From UHGV virus genome UHGV-1592390: a stretch of 11,745 nt of DNA, one strand, 5' to 3'. The DNA comes from a virus. The translations under genes were made by a program, and so were the position numbers. The first letter of the stretch is position 1. Each line of letters starts with the position of its first letter. Shown one piece after another: positions 1 to 11,326 of the stretch. The notes below the pieces were generated by a model that ran no database searches, had not been told where the DNA came from, and saw only the letters and a list, made by a program, of their open reading frames with translations.

Positions 1-74
1 TGATAGAAACAGAAGCCACTGGAGCACCTCAAAAACACCATCATACACTAAATCAGTAAGTTGGCAGCATCACC
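1..74 (-). mobile_element. IS1 terminal fragment (IRL / insA-upstream end); element body lies upstream of the window
   Basis: Bases 1..74 are the reverse complement of the canonical first ~74 bp of IS1 (GGTGATGCTGCCAACTTACTGAT... terminal inverted repeat), ending exactly at 74 (...gcagcatcacc). Recognised from memory of the IS1 sequence; insA/insB would be on the minus strand. Confidence 0.9.
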
Positions 75-83
75 GGAGAGTTC

Positions 84-332
84 TTAATCAGCATTCAGGA
101 GCAATGCGTTATCTATGATGATCTGCTCCCATTCCTCGAATGCCCGATCGCGGACGCCCTGGGGAACGCTGTTAGTTTTGAAATCGACGACCGTCCGCCA
201 TTTTCCGTCCGGACGGTACATGCGCAGAGCTTTACTTCCCCCTTCCCTGCGCACCTCAACGTTATGCTTGTCAGCAAACTCTTGTAATGCTCGTAGCGTC
301 CCATGCTTTACTGTGTAGTATCGCTTTTTCAA
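84..332 (-). CDS. lxc: Small 82-aa protein, likely P1 Lxc/Bof-like modulator of C1 repressor
   Basis: Complete 82-codon ORF. TTG start at 332-330 overlaps the stop of the upstream ORF (TTGA), with a GGAGAG Shine-Dalgarno 5 nt upstream. Size and position (third gene after darB) match my recollection of P1 lxc/bof; the protein sequence itself was not recognised. Stop lies 9 bp from the IS1 end. Confidence 0.55.
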   Translation of the reverse strand: MKKRYYTVKHGTLRALQEFADKHNVEVRREGGSKALRMYRPDGKWRTVVDFKTNSVPQGVRDRAFEEWEQIIIDNALLLNAD

Positions 333-769
333 GTTTTCTCTCCAGCCTGTGCTAAGGCTTCAACTTCCAAATCGTAAGACTCAAACTCATAGTCCTGGTC
401 GTCAACCTCTTCAGGCACTGGCAGTAAATGCCAGGCTGAGTATATCTGACCATTATCAAAACGCTCCTGGCTGTAGAGCGTCGCGGCTATGAGTGTCAGC
501 GCCGGGCGGTCATAACGGTAAATTTTGCGAACGTCACGGTCAACGAGACGACCGAAATTACCATAACCGCGCTCCAGTAATAATTTTTTAATTTCCGGCC
601 AGTATGGGCCATAGCTGCGGTACAGGCGGGGATTTTTCAGTAATCGCCCGCGTAGCCCTGACAGGAAGAAATCAACGTATTCGTCTTCTGTCTTTCCTAA
701 CAATGCCGTACGCAGTACCGCCTCAAGATATGTTTTATTCGGTTTTATTGTATCAGATAGTGTGGCCAT
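329..769 (-). CDS. ulx: 146-aa protein between darB and lxc, probably P1 Ulx-like (Dar system accessory)
   Basis: Complete ORF with ATG at 769-767 and TGA stop overlapping the lxc start. Co-directional and tightly packed with darB, 33 bp downstream of its stop. No recognisable catalytic motif; assignment is by position only. No obvious Shine-Dalgarno; a GC hairpin sits just upstream. Confidence 0.55.
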   Translation of the reverse strand: MATLSDTIKPNKTYLEAVLRTALLGKTEDEYVDFFLSGLRGRLLKNPRLYRSYGPYWPEIKKLLLERGYGNFGRLVDRDVRKIYRYDRPALTLIAATLYSQERFDNGQIYSAWHLLPVPEEVDDQDYEFESYDLEVEALAQAGEKT

Positions 770-778
770 ATTATGCGA

Positions 779-796
779 CGCCCGGCGAACCGGGCG
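779..796 (-). other. GC-rich stem-loop between the darB stop and the ulx start (7-bp stem, UUCG loop on the transcript)
   Basis: Minus-strand transcript reads CGCCCGG-UUCG-CCGGGCG, a perfect 7-bp stem with a UUCG tetraloop, 6 nt after the darB stop and ending 9 nt before the ulx ATG. No U-tract follows, so it is not a typical intrinsic terminator. Confidence 0.4.
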
Positions 797-802
797 CTCC
801 TG

Positions 803-3800
803 TTATGCGTATTGTTGGATGACGGCCAGAACGTCCGCCACGTTGTGTTTTGTCTCGATAATCCACCAGTTACCCGGGAAATCGCTGTTCTTCGCCTTCG
901 CTGGCAGCCAGCGAGCGCCGAATTTCGCCTTGATTGCGTCTTTCGCACGGAAAAGAACGCCTTTCATGCCTGAGGCTTCCTGAAGCCCAAATACCTCGCC
1001 AGCGGCGAATTTTGGTGCGTACATCATCTTCAGGTCGGCGGTGGATACGCGATAATTCAGACCAAGAGACTGAGCTATGCTGGTGGCATCACCCTGTATT
1101 GATGATAACTCTTCTTGTTTCTCGTTTCTGGCGGCAATTTCTTCCTCCGTGATGTTGCCAAGGGCCAGGTTTATCCGATCAGCGTCGGCCTGTTTCTCTT
1201 CATCGGTGCGTCCGGCAAGAACCGTGTTAACTCTCTGCAATATCTCCACATGATTCTTGCGCATGCTGAGCAATTCCGGCGTAACCTCGTTAAGATCCAC
1301 CAGCCCAAGGATGGCAAGGTCGGAAAACATTGATACCAGGTTGTAGGTCATGCGATAGCTGAGTTGACCATAGGCTGATGGCAACTTCACCGCATCCATT
1401 TGATAGGCATCCATAAATTTAGAGCCGTCGTTTACGACATCCGCAATTGCCGGTGTGATTTTTCCTGTGGTGGCGGCCTCCCTGATTGCTGTTACCCACG
1501 ATTGAGTCAGCGCGGCGACTGCATGATTCAGATTGGCTTTCCGTTCTGCTGCAATGCGCGCACTTGCTGCGTCCATTGCCTGCTTGATCTCGTCTTTATT
1601 GCTGTAAATGCCAATGGTGCCAAACTGTGCTGTGGTGATCTCATAATCTGACGCCCGGAACTCATTGGTACCGAAAATGGCATTGGTGACTTCAAGTTCA
1701 GAATCCCCGTTACGAGTAGACCCCTGGCTTGTTTTTTCCGGCATTCTGGCGATCGCATCCGCTATTTTCTCCTGAATTGCTTCAGGGGATAGCGTATCTC
1801 CGTATGACGCGATTACATCGCCATAATTGGAGCCAAACAATTCAACCAGGAATGTTTCTGCCGAACGGATCTGGCGGTTATTCCCTTCCGACATCATACC
1901 AAGCACCCATTTTGCAATTGACGACTTCAGCGCGCCGTCACGGCGATCCGGGTAAACCGCATGCTTCAGTGGGTCCGTATAGGTGCCAACAAAATCAATG
2001 CTATAGCCTGACTCTGTAGTCTGAACGCCGTATGAGTCAGTGATTTTGATCATGCCGCGCTGCTGGAAACGGTAGAAATCGTCACAGGAAATGATGTCGT
2101 TAATCCCGGCGATGGAGACGCCACCACTGATTTTCTGCATAACAGCATCTTCATCGGGAGTTACATCCACCTGTTTATCCAGCGTCTTCACATCCCAGTT
2201 ACCCGATTTGGTGCCTTTGAAGGTAAAGATGATCTCCACGTCTGCGCGCTGGCTGTCGAAGTCCAGCGACTTAATGCGAACGATATCACCGGCACAATCG
2301 TAGTATTGGCCTACACGCCATGAGCGATCGCCGATAACAAGGAACTCACTCGCATGGTTAACCAGGTCAGGATCAACATCCAGAATGCCTTTATTTATTG
2401 CATCCTCCACCAGCGGGCGCAGGCGTTTGATATCCGTCGCGGCCTTCTGAGTACGGTTCAATAATTTCTCATAGCGGGAGATGGCTTGAGTGATATTAGC
2501 CTTGCGCTGAATGGCGCTTTTCAACGACGCGCGATACTGTGCTAACAACATACGGTCTGTGTGATGGACACTCCCCCAGCGGGCCTTCCAGTCTGCGTTA
2601 TCCGCTGCCTTGGCCATTGCCGCCTGTTTGAATTTAGCTACCTCGGCGGTGGTCTTTTCAAGTTCCGCTTTGCTTCGCTCTAATTCAGCGGTAAGTACCT
2701 CCACATCCTCGCCAGCTGCGTGCTGCGCCTTGATGTAGTTCTGAAGGTCGATAGTAGCCTGTTCTTTCTGGCGAGCGCGTTGCGCGGCTTTCGCCTTATC
2801 CATTTGAACCTGCATCATTGCCAGACGTTCGCCATCATCCTTAGCGGTATACATCTGCATTTCGATCATATCGTTGGCGTCGGCGTTCTCCATTTCAGAC
2901 TTATCTGAGCGGAGGATATCGGAGATCCAGCCTGCTTTACGCTTCAGCGTCTTCAGTCGGTATTCATCGAAAGAACCCTTGCCGCAGTAGTAGTGAACGC
3001 GAACGCTTGCACGGTTGGAACCAACTCGGGCACCGCGACCGTTACGCTGTGCGATACTGGCTGGTGTCCATGGCAACGTCAGATGATGGATGTCAGTTGT
3101 TCCTCGATGCAGGTTGATACCCACCTCTGCCTTTTTGTTGCAGATGATGATCGGAGTCCGGCCCTCCTGGAAGTCGGCAGCAATCTTTTCCAGCCCACCC
3201 AGCGACATTTCATTTTGCTGCGCGATATAGGCGTCATACAGAGCCATTTGCTCGTTGTATTTCGCTATCTGTGCATCTGTTGGTTCATCCGGTAGCTCTT
3301 TCGGTGGTTTAACCGCTTTCAGTTTCTTACCGGTTTTACCTGCCTCGGCAACCGTCTGAGCATTCAGGATCCCCACCTTTGAAGGTTCAAGGTTAAGAGC
3401 ATTGCAGATAATGCGCTTGAGCTTCTGGTGTTGCGTTTTTTCATCGGTGAAGATGATTTGCTTACCTTCCGGGAAAAACTCCTTCAGCGTGGCAATCAGC
3501 TTCGCGTATTTGGGCGTAACGGGGTGAGTTACGGTCTGTTCGTCAATGCCAAACTTGGCCAGGCGCTTATTCACTTCCTGCTCAAATGCTTCCGGTACCT
3601 GCAACTGAATAAACTCGCCCTTATCTATCAGGGAGTATTGCGATTGCTGCGTGATCGAATCATCACTGTCGTCGTCTTCGCTGGTGGCTTGTTTAGGCAA
3701 ACTGTCCGCCAGCTGCTGCACCGCATCGGCGTACTCCGGCAGGAAACGATAGGTGATCCTGCGATAGTACAGGTCCATGTCAGTACATACGCGGTCCATA

Positions 3801-6800
3801 TCCCTGATTATTGAGAAGATCGGACGGGCTTTCTCGTGCTCAATCACGCCGTCTTCATTGACCGAGGTCGTTACGCCATTGTTGGCTTTGGCTGCCGCTT
3901 CCGCCTGCTGACGCAATTCTTCATACGCCGCCAGTTGTTCTTCCGTAAGTGGTGCATCCTGCTGGTGTTCGTCCAGTTCCGGGATCTCCACGGTATCCTT
4001 AACGTCTTCCGCCGTTTTAAGCGTTGTCCAGCGATGGAATATGCCGCGCAGCGCATCAAGGTTTTCAAAGCCCACCAGCGCCATTTTTTCTTCAACTTCA
4101 CCGCTGATTTTCTGTACCGTTTCCAGCCTGGTCTTGCCGAAGAATTTTACGAAGTCATCAGGACTGTAGATCCCCATCTTCTGCCAGTATTCCTTCGGCA
4201 GAACATGAGAAAGCATGTTGTATGCATCGATCGGGGTGTTAACGACTGGCGTTGCAGTCAGGAGAACCGGTCCGCGCCCACCATTCTTTTTCATCAGGTA
4301 CGCGTTTTTAATTGCCATATCCCGCGCCGATTGCGCCACCGCGCTGGTGGGCAGATAGGCCAGTTGTGACGCTTCGCGACCATTTTTATAGCTATTGCGG
4401 TAGTTGTGACCTTCGTCAGCGATCACACTATCGAAGCCCATATCCTCAAAGTACGGATACTTCTCTGCTTTTTCGGTGCCGGTATCTGAATACTCCGACA
4501 ATACCCGGCGACGCGCGGCCTCTTTGCGGTGGGAGTCGGAGTCCATTGCGCTGGCTACGCGCCCGGCGGCAACGAAGTCATAAAGCATATCCTGTGCATG
4601 CTCATCTACGGTGTCATCACGTAGCGGAATGCGGGCGTATTGTTCTTTGGTAAACACGACTGCACGGTAATTTGAGTGCGGGATCGCGTTCATCCGCGCC
4701 GTGATAGTGGCTTCATCTGCCAGCTTAAGAGCATCGCGCATAACTGGAGTGCCATCAGTACCAAGAACAGGTTTACCGTTCTCATCGAGCACCGGCACCT
4801 GGCGAATCTGATCGCCATCCATCAGCACATCAAGACCGACGAACAGGTAGTTACTGAATGCCTCTTCACTCAGGAATTCTTTTGCTTCGTAATACCAGTT
4901 TTCCAGCACTGATTTAGGCACTACATACGCAGTACGGGTGGAGCGACCGTTCTCATAGTTGAACGCCTCAAGCGCCAGCGCGGTCGTGGTTTTACCCAGC
5001 CCGGTGCCGAAGCCCAGGATGCCGCGCCCATCTTCGGACAGTCGGCGCACCTCGCTATTCTGGTAATCAAATGGCTGGCGCTTACCGCTTAATCCCTTCA
5101 ACCCAAGCGGATCGCCAGAGTGTTCATACGGGATATTGCTATTGAACACATCGTTGTATTTGGCAACCAGCTCATCGTAGCGATCGTGCGTCTTGATCCA
5201 CTTATTGAACTGGTCCTCAAGCAGTGCCATCTGCTCGCGGTAGCCGTTCGCCGTCGCGCTATCTTTGCCACCGATACGCGCACCATTGAGATACTTTTCC
5301 AGCTGTGCCGGGAACCCGGTCGCGTTTTCACCTGATTTACGGTCCCACTCGTAGCGGATCTCGCCTGTTTCTTTATCCTTGCGCTGGACGACACCGTATC
5401 GGTGCCCGACGAACAGACCATCACCACCGTGATAGGTGTCAGAAACCATTTCGTCGCCTTCCAGCTGCACTGACTGCACATAGCGAAGATCCGGATAGCC
5501 GTTTTCCTGCAAAAATTCCAGAATGACGGAACGGTCGAACCAACGGCTATTGAGCTTAAAGCGGATATTCTCTGCTGGCGTCTTGATGCGCTTCTCTTCG
5601 ATCGCTGCCAGCTGATTAAGGACGTTGTTCTTTACTGGACCGTCGGGGAGTGTGGCAAGGAATTCCTGTTTTGGTACCACTATCTCGTTAATGTCGCCGC
5701 TGGTGGCGCGGGCGAACGGAACAATCCCGCCATACGGTGAAACCGCAATGCCAGGGGTGCTGGCCAATAAATTAAGCAACTCGTCATCACTGGCTGGCAG
5801 TTCGCCGGTAAACGCAAGGCGGAAATCATCGAGCTGGATTGGATCGCGAGTGAGATCACTGTAGAGATAACGCAGGGTGTCCTGATAGCTGGTGGAGTCA
5901 TAACTGGCGCTGGAATCATGCGTAACCAGTTTTCCTGTCAGCTCGTCAGAAATAGTGCCATCCAGCTTAATTGCACCACGGAAAGCAAACCAGGCGCGCG
6001 CACCGCTCCCCGATAATTTCGCTATCGGACCGCGACCGGGGTTACCAAAACGGTCAATCTCTGCCTGCAAACGGGATACCAGAGAAAGGCGCTGCTGTTC
6101 GATTTGTTCAGCACTATGCCCGGCGGCCTTCATGTCCTGATATTCAATTAACATCCGGCCAATCATCGCCCCGCGATACAAGCGTTCACGGTATTTTTCA
6201 GGCTGGCTGTTAATCCAGTCCACCAGCTGCACCATATCGTCGCTGATTGATGTGGTGTACTTATCGCGGACATTTGCCATCTGGGTAAATGTCATACCGA
6301 GACGGCCTTCTGTTGTAGTCAGGTTACGCTGAAGAGCCTCCCAGCTGTCCGCGCCATAACTGGCAACATCAATCTTCAGCTCCTTCCCTGCATCAGCTTC
6401 AATCCAGCGACCACCAGCATATTTTTGCCATACGCCATTAATCAGGCGCATTTCCCCTTCATCAACAACGTCTGCGGTCGGTGACGGTTCAGCCATATTG
6501 AGCAAAGACCAGTCGATACGACTTTCGAAACGATGAATCAGCTTCGCTTTAAGAGCCTGGTTATCAATCTGCCCGTCGGCACGAACCTCAATACGCCCCT
6601 GGAATCCCTTCTCCTGAGTGCCATGAACAAACCGGCGGCCGTCCTTTTCAAACCACTTGCCAGAAATAAACGTTGGCCAAAGCACATTTGCCGATTCAAG
6701 AGTGCCTTCATCCACCAGGGGGATTTTCTCAGCCATCTCCGCCGGATGTTTGCGCATCAGCACCACGTCAACGACCGTACTGGTCCCGTTTGCGTCAAAA

Positions 6801-7570
6801 GTACCGGTAGGCAAGCGGTGGGCACCAAGAAATTCAGCTTTCCGTGATAGGCGCAGGCGTAACCGCTTCATGTTTGAACCTGAAACAATGGACGGCGGCA
6901 CAATCACGCACATGAATCCGCCTGGCTTTATCTTGTCCAGCATGCGGAGCATGAAGTAAGAACCCATGTCCGTTTCTTCTGCGTAAGGCTTATCGATGTT
7001 GCGTGTGTTATCACGACCACCGAACGGAACGTTACCCACAACATGGTCGAATGAATCGTTAGGCGTGCTTACAGCCAGCTGTTCGAACGGGGAAATCTGT
7101 ACGCTGTCTTCCGGGTGTAACAGCTGGTTTATACGACCGGAAACACTGCTGATCTCAGTCGCAGTCATCACCGTACCAACCGGTTTTGTCTCATTAAAAA
7201 CGCCGGTGCCCGCCGATGGTTCCAGAGTGTTACCTACGTCCGCGCCGTAGAGCTTCATGATCTCCCAGACACCTTCAGCGATCGGCTTTGGTGTGTAATA
7301 TTCGGAGACGGACCCGCCAATGCCGCCTTCACCGGTGTACCCAGCCAGGATCTGGCGCTGTTCATCTGTCAGTGTCGCGCCGTCCACCAGCGAATTAAGC
7401 AAATCTATCGCCTTCTGATTCGCCTCCCGGCGCAGTCGGTCATAGCTTTTGCCTTCCACCTTTTCCACGCCGTATTTAATCGGCGCTCGGTGAGATGTTA
7501 TTGCCCTAATGTATTTCAATATTTCGCTGACACTTGAACAGCGAAACACCCCCATAGATAGCTTGTTCAT
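803..7570 (-). CDS. darB: Giant (2255 aa) N6-adenine methyltransferase / SF2 helicase fusion; P1 DarB-like antirestriction protein
   Basis: Uninterrupted 6768-nt ORF with ATG at 7570 and an AAGGA Shine-Dalgarno 6 nt upstream. Gamma-class amino-methyltransferase motifs read from the translation: YYTP (aa 91-94), motif I LEPSAGTGVF (aa 116-125, nt ~7196-7225), motif IV NVPF (aa 180-183, nt 7022-7033). Helicase motifs: Walker A GFGTGLGKTT (aa 853-862, nt 4985-5014), DEGH (aa 1052-1055, nt 4406-4417), motif III LLTATP (aa 1103-1108), motif VI QRNGRGAR (aa 1508-1515, nt 3026-3049). Length and architecture match my recollection of P1 DarB. The C-terminal ~700 aa has a coiled-coil-like stretch and no recognisable motif. 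Confidence 0.85.
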   Translation of the reverse strand: MNKLSMGVFRCSSVSEILKYIRAITSHRAPIKYGVEKVEGKSYDRLRREANQKAIDLLNSLVDGATLTDEQRQILAGYTGEGGIGGSVSEYYTPKPIAEGVWEIMKLYGADVGNTLEPSAGTGVFNETKPVGTVMTATEISSVSGRINQLLHPEDSVQISPFEQLAVSTPNDSFDHVVGNVPFGGRDNTRNIDKPYAEETDMGSYFMLRMLDKIKPGGFMCVIVPPSIVSGSNMKRLRLRLSRKAEFLGAHRLPTGTFDANGTSTVVDVVLMRKHPAEMAEKIPLVDEGTLESANVLWPTFISGKWFEKDGRRFVHGTQEKGFQGRIEVRADGQIDNQALKAKLIHRFESRIDWSLLNMAEPSPTADVVDEGEMRLINGVWQKYAGGRWIEADAGKELKIDVASYGADSWEALQRNLTTTEGRLGMTFTQMANVRDKYTTSISDDMVQLVDWINSQPEKYRERLYRGAMIGRMLIEYQDMKAAGHSAEQIEQQRLSLVSRLQAEIDRFGNPGRGPIAKLSGSGARAWFAFRGAIKLDGTISDELTGKLVTHDSSASYDSTSYQDTLRYLYSDLTRDPIQLDDFRLAFTGELPASDDELLNLLASTPGIAVSPYGGIVPFARATSGDINEIVVPKQEFLATLPDGPVKNNVLNQLAAIEEKRIKTPAENIRFKLNSRWFDRSVILEFLQENGYPDLRYVQSVQLEGDEMVSDTYHGGDGLFVGHRYGVVQRKDKETGEIRYEWDRKSGENATGFPAQLEKYLNGARIGGKDSATANGYREQMALLEDQFNKWIKTHDRYDELVAKYNDVFNSNIPYEHSGDPLGLKGLSGKRQPFDYQNSEVRRLSEDGRGILGFGTGLGKTTTALALEAFNYENGRSTRTAYVVPKSVLENWYYEAKEFLSEEAFSNYLFVGLDVLMDGDQIRQVPVLDENGKPVLGTDGTPVMRDALKLADEATITARMNAIPHSNYRAVVFTKEQYARIPLRDDTVDEHAQDMLYDFVAAGRVASAMDSDSHRKEAARRRVLSEYSDTGTEKAEKYPYFEDMGFDSVIADEGHNYRNSYKNGREASQLAYLPTSAVAQSARDMAIKNAYLMKKNGGRGPVLLTATPVVNTPIDAYNMLSHVLPKEYWQKMGIYSPDDFVKFFGKTRLETVQKISGEVEEKMALVGFENLDALRGIFHRWTTLKTAEDVKDTVEIPELDEHQQDAPLTEEQLAAYEELRQQAEAAAKANNGVTTSVNEDGVIEHEKARPIFSIIRDMDRVCTDMDLYYRRITYRFLPEYADAVQQLADSLPKQATSEDDDSDDSITQQSQYSLIDKGEFIQLQVPEAFEQEVNKRLAKFGIDEQTVTHPVTPKYAKLIATLKEFFPEGKQIIFTDEKTQHQKLKRIICNALNLEPSKVGILNAQTVAEAGKTGKKLKAVKPPKELPDEPTDAQIAKYNEQMALYDAYIAQQNEMSLGGLEKIAADFQEGRTPIIICNKKAEVGINLHRGTTDIHHLTLPWTPASIAQRNGRGARVGSNRASVRVHYYCGKGSFDEYRLKTLKRKAGWISDILRSDKSEMENADANDMIEMQMYTAKDDGERLAMMQVQMDKAKAAQRARQKEQATIDLQNYIKAQHAAGEDVEVLTAELERSKAELEKTTAEVAKFKQAAMAKAADNADWKARWGSVHHTDRMLLAQYRASLKSAIQRKANITQAISRYEKLLNRTQKAATDIKRLRPLVEDAINKGILDVDPDLVNHASEFLVIGDRSWRVGQYYDCAGDIVRIKSLDFDSQRADVEIIFTFKGTKSGNWDVKTLDKQVDVTPDEDAVMQKISGGVSIAGINDIISCDDFYRFQQRGMIKITDSYGVQTTESGYSIDFVGTYTDPLKHAVYPDRRDGALKSSIAKWVLGMMSEGNNRQIRSAETFLVELFGSNYGDVIASYGDTLSPEAIQEKIADAIARMPEKTSQGSTRNGDSELEVTNAIFGTNEFRASDYEITTAQFGTIGIYSNKDEIKQAMDAASARIAAERKANLNHAVAALTQSWVTAIREAATTGKITPAIADVVNDGSKFMDAYQMDAVKLPSAYGQLSYRMTYNLVSMFSDLAILGLVDLNEVTPELLSMRKNHVEILQRVNTVLAGRTDEEKQADADRINLALGNITEEEIAARNEKQEELSSIQGDATSIAQSLGLNYRVSTADLKMMYAPKFAAGEVFGLQEASGMKGVLFRAKDAIKAKFGARWLPAKAKNSDFPGNWWIIETKHNVADVLAVIQQYA

Positions 7571-10367
<2,797 letters not shown>

Positions 10368-10371
10368 CCAC

Positions 10372-10405
10372 CAAAAATAACCCCGGCGGCTGCCGGGGTT
10401 CTCGT
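10372..10405. terminator. Bidirectional intrinsic terminator between convergent pro (+) and lyz/orf84 (-) transcripts
   Basis: Perfect 7-bp GC stem CCCCGGC (10381-10387), loop GGCT, GCCGGGG (10392-10398). On the minus strand it is followed by TTATTTTTGG (strong U-tract); on the plus strand it is preceded by an A-tract and followed by the weaker TTCTCGTT. Lies 14 nt after the pro stop and 14 nt after the orf84 stop. Confidence 0.7.
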
Positions 10406-10411
10406 TAACTA

Positions 10412-10666
10412 TTATCGCCTTCGCCTGCGTGCCATATATTTGCGCACCGCGCGGCGTGGACAATCTGAAGCGGTTTCTTTCTGCTGCATCAATCTTGCAG
10501 CCATGCTCAAAAATGTCAGGCACAGCCGAAGCCCGGCATACAATAGCGGTTCCAGTGGCCACGTCTCATTGAGCACATATACCGCCATGAAAATCGAGTC
10601 AAAAACTATCGCCGCCAGCGATAACTTCATTGTCGAAAGTCGGCGGAGCTGCCGGAGTTTATTCAT
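10412..10666 (-). CDS. Hypothetical 84-aa small membrane protein, translationally coupled to lyz; holin-like features
   Basis: ATG at 10666-10664 overlaps the lyz stop (ATGAATAA arrangement). One clear hydrophobic segment (LSLAAIVFDSIFMAVYVL), a second weaker one, and a strongly basic C-terminus (RRAVRKYMARRRRR). Ends 14 nt before the terminator hairpin. Codon usage looks ordinary. No homology could be checked. Confidence 0.4.
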   Translation of the reverse strand: MNKLRQLRRLSTMKLSLAAIVFDSIFMAVYVLNETWPLEPLLYAGLRLCLTFLSMAARLMQQKETASDCPRRAVRKYMARRRRR

Positions 10667-11216
10667 TGACCAGTCCCGTCAGGCAAAGCTGGCGTTCTTT
10701 TTCACGGCGAATCTTTAAACCTCGCAGGGGCACGCCGTTACTGTTCACGAAATCAGGGAGATGGTTACACATATTCACCCATTCCCCTTTCTGCGCCCAC
10801 TTGTGGATGGACGTTTCTACTCGCATGCCTCGCGCTTTGCTGTAGTAGGTCCGTAAGCTATTGCATCCCATATTGAATGCCGCGCTTGTCATTGCACTGA
10901 AGGCATTATCGGGCATGTCTTTGCCCCGGAAGTGCTGATTAATACAGCGTTCAGCGATCAGGATATTCTTTTCCCAATCAGCGGCGATTTGCTGGTCTGT
11001 TTTTCGCACACCCGGCGTTACCCCGTGTGTATTACCGATCCCGTCAGTCCATACCCCTGCCGGGCACATGTATGGATCACGTCGGCAACCTTCAGCGTTA
11101 CCAATCAGCTCAAGCCCCGCCTGGTTGGTTCGCACATTGCCATTACCCATCACGATGGTAATCATCACCGCGATAGCGCAAATTGCACCGCCTCCTGCGG
11201 CTGTTTTTCCCTTCAT
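10659..11216 (-). CDS. lyz: SAR (signal-arrest-release) endolysin, P1 Lyz, 185 aa
   Basis: From ATG 11216-11214 (GAGGT Shine-Dalgarno 5 nt upstream) the translation begins MKGKTAAGGGAICAIAVMITIVMGNGNVRTN..., with the N-terminal SAR transmembrane segment containing Cys13, then E42 and the Cys44/Cys51 pair (NAEGCRRDPYMC) characteristic of P1 Lyz as I recall it. The ORF track's longer 218-aa version adds an in-frame 33-aa extension with no ribosome-binding site. Confidence 0.93.
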   Translation of the reverse strand: MKGKTAAGGGAICAIAVMITIVMGNGNVRTNQAGLELIGNAEGCRRDPYMCPAGVWTDGIGNTHGVTPGVRKTDQQIAADWEKNILIAERCINQHFRGKDMPDNAFSAMTSAAFNMGCNSLRTYYSKARGMRVETSIHKWAQKGEWVNMCNHLPDFVNSNGVPLRGLKIRREKERQLCLTGLVNE

Positions 11217-11299
11217 AAAGACCTCATAAGCGAATTTTTTACGCTCCAGGACAAACACCCATTCACAGCCAATACCGACTGACTCGATCCCTTTAGAAG

Positions 11300-11326
11300 A
11301 CACAGGATAATGCAAATCACTTGTTA
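11300..11326 (-). promoter_or_regulatory. Candidate late promoter for lyz (shared box plus -10-like hexamer)
   Basis: On the lyz-sense strand: TAACAAGTGA (complement of 11317-11326), 4 nt, then CATTAT (complement of 11307-11312). Same decamer and geometry as upstream of prt. Predicted start near 11300, about 84 nt upstream of the lyz ATG. Confidence 0.35.

Noticed and set aside
3428-4369. Plus-strand ORFs of 128 aa (3428..3814) and 177 aa (3836..4369) antisense to darB
   Set aside because: They lie wholly inside the helicase-coding part of darB, whose frame is validated by conserved motifs. They are Leu/Arg/Phe-rich as expected for antisense of a coding region, and have no ribosome-binding site or start context.
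5098-5481. 127-aa minus-strand ORF in an alternative frame within darB
   Set aside because: Same strand as darB but out of frame, inside the Walker A region. Ser/Arg/Thr-rich composition typical of an off-frame artefact.
803-7570. The giant ORF as a novel defence or undescribed multi-domain system
   Set aside because: Length (2255 aa), methyltransferase-then-helicase order and the gene neighbourhood (prt, pro, lyz with the diagnostic P1 Lyz cysteines, ssb) match the known P1 Dar antirestriction locus. It is unusual but not undescribed.
10440-10718. 92-aa plus-strand ORF in the pro-lyz gap
   Set aside because: It would start beyond the terminator that ends pro, has no ribosome-binding site, and overlaps the better-supported minus-strand orf84 and the lyz 3' end.
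10932-11282. 116-aa plus-strand ORF overlapping lyz
   Set aside because: It is antisense to lyz, whose identity is strongly supported by the SAR domain and the catalytic Glu/Cys arrangement.
11217-11315. 33-codon N-terminal extension of lyz in the ORF track (218 aa version)
   Set aside because: The internal ATG at 11216 has a GAGGT Shine-Dalgarno and yields the 185-aa protein beginning MKGKTAAGGG, with the SAR domain at the N-terminus as required for function. The extension has no ribosome-binding site and would bury the SAR segment.
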